Source: Macrostomum lignano (Eukaryota). Taken from it: a stretch of 64,000 bases of DNA. Of this stretch, positions 1 to 64,000 are shown one piece after another. Made by a program: the position numbers and the translations under genes. Location of the stretch: assembly GCA_002269645.1 (NCBI GenBank), contig NIVC01000217.1, forward strand, positions 372,001 through 436,000, read 5' to 3'. A model generated the notes under the pieces. It did not search any database. It saw only the letters and a program-made list of their open reading frames with translations, and had not been told where the DNA came from. How positions within the stretch are numbered: the stretch's first letter is position 1; each line of letters begins with the position of its first letter.

Positions 1-2053
1 GTGTCATTTTGTTTTTAGTTTTTCTCAACGATAAGTAAACAATTTTTGTAAAAGCACTGGATATCTAATGTTATATGAGTAGAATGATCAAATTGATGCC
101 CCCAGGATTAAATTAAACTGTGCTATGCCAACACATGTTGACCATCAACAAAAAAATTTCAGTCTCACAAGTCTGATTTCTGTATCTATGATTAAATTGA
201 AAGCTTGCAGTACCAACTAGGCCGCATAACCCTATTGGAATAAGTTTCAAAAACCCGCGGATGCGCAACACGGGTGCCAAAATTGTGCCCTCAAAAGTGC
301 GACGCCACACCAAATTTGTTGACTGGGGGGCGGCAATGCAACGTCGATGTCTGATGACTGGGGGGGGGGATGCCACAGCAGCAACGTTGCAATTGACAAT
401 TCCTGTTCTGCCATTCACTCGCGATACCGAGACCATGGGGCAAGGGACGAGAGTATTCCTTTCAATTTCGCAGAAAAAGAAATAAAATTTAAAAACAATA
501 AACAGTAAAACAACAAAGGTACAACACTTAGAAAAACAGTGCATGCATTGTAACTAACAAGTAACATTTCTAAAAATTATATTTGAAGTATTAGTTATTT
601 TACCTCAAAATAAAAAAGAACAATTCAAGAGCTAGTTATTATCAAACATGTTTGAAACATTTAAATACTGAGAAACAACTGTGAACACATTACAATGAAA
701 CACAGTTTGCGAGATTTAGGCTACAGATCCAGGCTGCAACGGGACACATGACAATGCCAGCCACCAAATTGCCACACTGTCATGTTGCGCGACGCAATGC
801 ATGATAACACCAGGTTTCCATTGTGTCGCACGACATGACACACCACTTGACACCACTGTCACGCGACGCGACACCAGGAGAATCCAAAAATGCGACAGAC
901 AGTTGTCTGTGTTTTGTCAACTTATTCCAATAGGGCCACAAAAAGGAATATTTTGTTAAAATGATCAACTTGATAAAACCCATAGCATTTTAACAGTATT
1001 AATCCTATTGGAATAAATATTGAAAACTTCTCTATGCTCACTTTAGAAAAAGAGTTGAAATTTTTTACTGTGCTTTAGGATTATTAGAAATCATTTTATA
1101 TTAAAATCAAAATTTGCTAACTTTCTGAAATTGTAATTGAAAAATTCTTTAAAATCAAAATTCAGAAAAACAAAGTTTGGTACAAGCTATGACCAAAACT
1201 CACCTTTTTACTCTTGATTTACTGCTTATGCAAAACAAAATACATGTATATGTAGCACAAATTAGTTTATTTTTAGCCACTCTTTTACATACTTCACTTC
1301 ACCTAGGGAAGGATATAGGTTGTACGCTTCACTCTCTGCCTCATATTATTCATGACTTACCCTCTCGCCTAAACTTGTTCACCGATTCTTGACCAATCAT
1401 GCATTGCTTCACCCCAGCCCCCAATATTAACTAATAAATATATTGAGCAAACAAAGCCACACAGAGGCCACCTTTCTCGTCACGCAAACCTAGACTTCAT
1501 ATAAACCAAGTGTAAGAATATAGCATCATATAATATCACTATAGACAATACTATTCTATACTATGAAACTCAAATTCCAACATATCAAGGCATTGAAAGT
1601 AAACGTGTTTTTTGATTTGCAATTTGTTTGATTTTATGATCTAGTAATGATTGTTATTTTAAAATATTTTCCAGTGTGAGTATAAATATGTTTTTATAAA
1701 TAAAAGCTAGTATTTAATTAATAAAACAAAATTATTCTTATAGTCTTCTTCTTAATAAATGCTATTATTGTTTGCAATTCTTTTAAAATTTAGACTTTAG
1801 ACTAAATTAGATTTAGACTTGCTACAAATATATACTCGAATTTACCATTTTCATTAAAAATGTATGATTATTTCAATTTCTAAAAGATAATAAAATGTTT
1901 CACTTTTTAACTAAGCATAAGATTAAGAACAAAATTTCGAATGTTCCTAAAGCAACACAAGTGACATAAATGTGTTTATGCATTGAATATATGCTTTCAT
2001 AGAATATTTTTATAAATAATTAATTCACTTGCACTGTTTCACTTTGCACACAG

Positions 2054-61261
<59,208 letters not shown>

Positions 61262-61734
61262 GTGAGCCAACGTGCTGTCTGCTTTCCTGCCCTAACTGCA
61301 TTATCCCTATTCAGTGTGCATGCTTCATAGCTTTGATTGCTGAAAGTTATTTAGTAATTGAATCTTTGTACAATTTCGCTAGTTTGGACTCTCTTTGAGC
61401 TCGGTGCCTGTGCTCCTGTCCTTGGCCATTTTCACCCGGAAATCATTAGTGGCGTAATTGGACCGTTTTCTTTGGGAATTCCGGTATTTCTTGAAGATTT
61501 GCCCGCAAGGACAAAGGAAAGCAGTGCAGGAAAAAAGTGGACTTGGTTTTCTTCGCTCAGTCACGCTAACCATGAAATAAGTTAACAAAGATGGCCGAGT
61601 ATTGCGTAACTTTTAGGGCTCTGATGATGACTGACCGTGACAGTTGCTGGTCAATTAGGCCGTCTATTGTTCCTGGGTTTTTATCTATTTTGATTGACGG
61701 ATCATCACTCATCTTCGGTCTCTCATTGGCTCTT

Positions 61735-63720
61735 TACCTCTCTCACCTGTCTCTCCCCCTCACCTCTCTCCCCCTCACATGTCTCTCTCCCTTCTCACCT
61801 GTCTCTCTCCCTCACCTCTCTCTCCCTCTCACATGTCTCTCTCCCTCACCTCTCTCCCTCTCACATGTCTCTCTCCCTTCTCACCTGTCTCTCTCCCTCA
61901 CCTCTCTCTCCCTCTCACATGTCTCTCTCCCTCACCATTCTCCCTCTCACATGTCTCTCTCCCTTCTCACCTGTCTCTCTCCCTCACCTCTCTCTCCCTC
62001 TCACATGTCTCTCTCCCTCACCTCTCTCCCTCTCACATGTCTCTCTCCCTTCTCACCTGTCTCTCTCCCTCACCTTTCTCTCCCTCTCACCTGTCTCTCT
62101 CCCTCTCACATGTCTCTCTCCCTTCTCACCTGTCTCTCTCCCTCACCTTTCTCTCCCTCTCACCTGTCTCTCTCCCTCTCACCTGTCTCTCTCCCTCACG
62201 TCTCTCTCCCTCTCACATGTCTCTCTCCCTCTCACATGTCTCTCTTCCTCACCTCTCTCTCCCTCTCACATGTCTCTCTCCCTCTCACCTGTCTCTCTCC
62301 CTCACGTCTCTCTCCCTCTCACCTGTCTCTCTCTCACTCTCACCTGTCTCTCTCTCTCTCACCTGTCTCTCTCCCTCACCTGTCACCCTTCCACCTCTCA
62401 CGTGTCTCTCTCCCTCTCACCTCTGGTCCTCTCACCTCTCCCCTGTCTTCATCTCACCTCTCTCACCTGTCTCTCTCTCTCCCCCTCACCAGCCCCCCCC
62501 CTCTCACCTTTACCCTGCCACCCTCTCACCTCTCACCTGTCAGCCTCTCACCTCTCTACCCTGTCTCCCTCTCACCTCTCTACCCTGTCTCCCTCTCACC
62601 TCTCTACCCTGTCTCCCTCTCACCTCTACCCTGTCTCTCTCTCACCTCTCTACCCTGTATCCCTCTCACCTCTCGCTCTCACCTGTGTCTCTCTCACCTG
62701 TCTCTCTCTCCCCCTCACCTGTCCCCCTCTCACCTTTACCCTGCCACCCTCTCACCTCTCACCTGTCAGCCTCTCACCTCTCTACCCTGTCTTCTCCCTC
62801 TCACCTCTCTACCCTGTCTCCCTCTCACCTCTCTACCCTGTCTCCCTCTCACCTCTCTACCCTGTCTCCCTCTCACCTCTCTACCCTGTCTTCTCCCTCT
62901 CACCTCTCTACCCTGTCTCCCTCTCACCTCTCTACCCTGTCTCCCTCTCACCTCTCTACCCTGTCTCCCTCTCACCTCTCTACCCTGTCTTCTCCCTCTC
63001 ACCTCTCTACCCTGTCTCCCTCTCACCTCTCGCTCTCACCTGTGTCTCTCTCACCTGTCTCTCTCTCCCCCTCACCTGTCCCCCTCTCACCTTTACCCAG
63101 CCACCCTCTCACCTCTCACCTGTCAGCCTCTCACCTCTCTACCCTGTCTTCTCCCTCTCACCTCTCTACCCTGTCTTCTCCCTCTCACCTCTCTACCCTG
63201 TCTCCCTCTCACCTCTCTACCATGTCTCCCTCTCACCTCTCTACCCTGTCTCCCTCTCACCTCTCTACCCTGTCTCCCTCTCACCTCTCTACCCTGTCTC
63301 CCTCTCACCTCTCTACCCTGTCTTCTCCCTCTCACCTCTCTACCCTGTCTCCCTCTCACCTCTCTACCCTGTCTCCCTCTCACCTCTCTACCCTGTCTCC
63401 CTCTCACCTCTCTACCCTGTCTCCCTCTCACCTCTCTACCCTGTCTCCCTCTCACCTCTCTACCCTGTCTCCCTCTCACCTCTCTACCCTGTCTCCCTCT
63501 CACCTCTCTACCCTGTCTCCCTCTCACCTCTCTACCCTGTCTTCTCCCTCTCACCTCTCTACCCTGTCTCCCTCTCACCTCTATACCCTGTATCCCTCTC
63601 ACCTCTCGCTCTCACCTGTCTTTCTCTCACCTCTCTTACCTGTCTCTCTCCCCTCACTTGTCTCACTTGTCTTTCTCCCTCTCACACCTCTCTCTCCCTC
63701 TCACCTCTCTCTCTCACCCG
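61735..63720. repeat. Pyrimidine-rich CTCTCACCTGT / CTCTACCCTGTCTCCCTCTCAC minisatellite
   Basis: Direct reading. Confidence 0.93.
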
Positions 63721-64000
63721 CTCCTTTCTTCCCAATAGCCTTTAAAAGCCAATTGTCCGGCTTTCACTGCCAAACGTGGTTGTCACCGAAATTCCATTGA
63801 TTTGCACTACAAGCACAGTAGTCCCCAACCGAAAATATTGGACATAAATAATACAAAATGACTGACAGCGAGTTGGACAGTTTAATTTAGTTGCCGTTTT
63901 AAATTCACTAAGCTCTCGGGCTGCTACACCATGGACGCAAATTTTCGGAATGCATGCCAGTTGCTGTATTTGAAATTTGGACCAGGGTAAAAAAAGTTGA

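Noticed and set aside
1-2053. First VPS13 exon(s) or promoter
   Set aside because: No sequence encoding the expected N-terminus (MVFE...LGIW) was found; it probably lies upstream of the window.

Overview
Eukaryotic (invertebrate animal-like) genomic DNA, not prokaryotic. The + strand carries a large intron-rich VPS13A/C-like lipid-transfer gene. I could thread 24 GT-AG exons in consistent phase from 2054 to 61261 (about 6.2 kb CDS, about 2070 codons); both gene ends lie outside the window. Most of the larger introns are filled by their own 13-55 bp minisatellite or a microsatellite, which explains almost all long ORFs in the track. The 15.9-kb intron 44492-60412 hosts an intronless protostome-type (multiple cysteine cluster) Toll-like receptor on the - strand (46523-49165), a 1.4-kb internally deleted tyrosine-recombinase element with Ngaro/PAT-type split direct repeats (52050-53477), and SINE-like fragments. 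A hAT MITE with exact 8-bp TSDs, filled by a minisatellite, lies at 11621-12464. The most speculative signal: three unrelated minisatellites on the 3' side of the TLR (about 28.7, 38.0 and 40.3 kb) each carry NF-kB consensus sites in their repeat unit. The species cannot be determined from the sequence alone.
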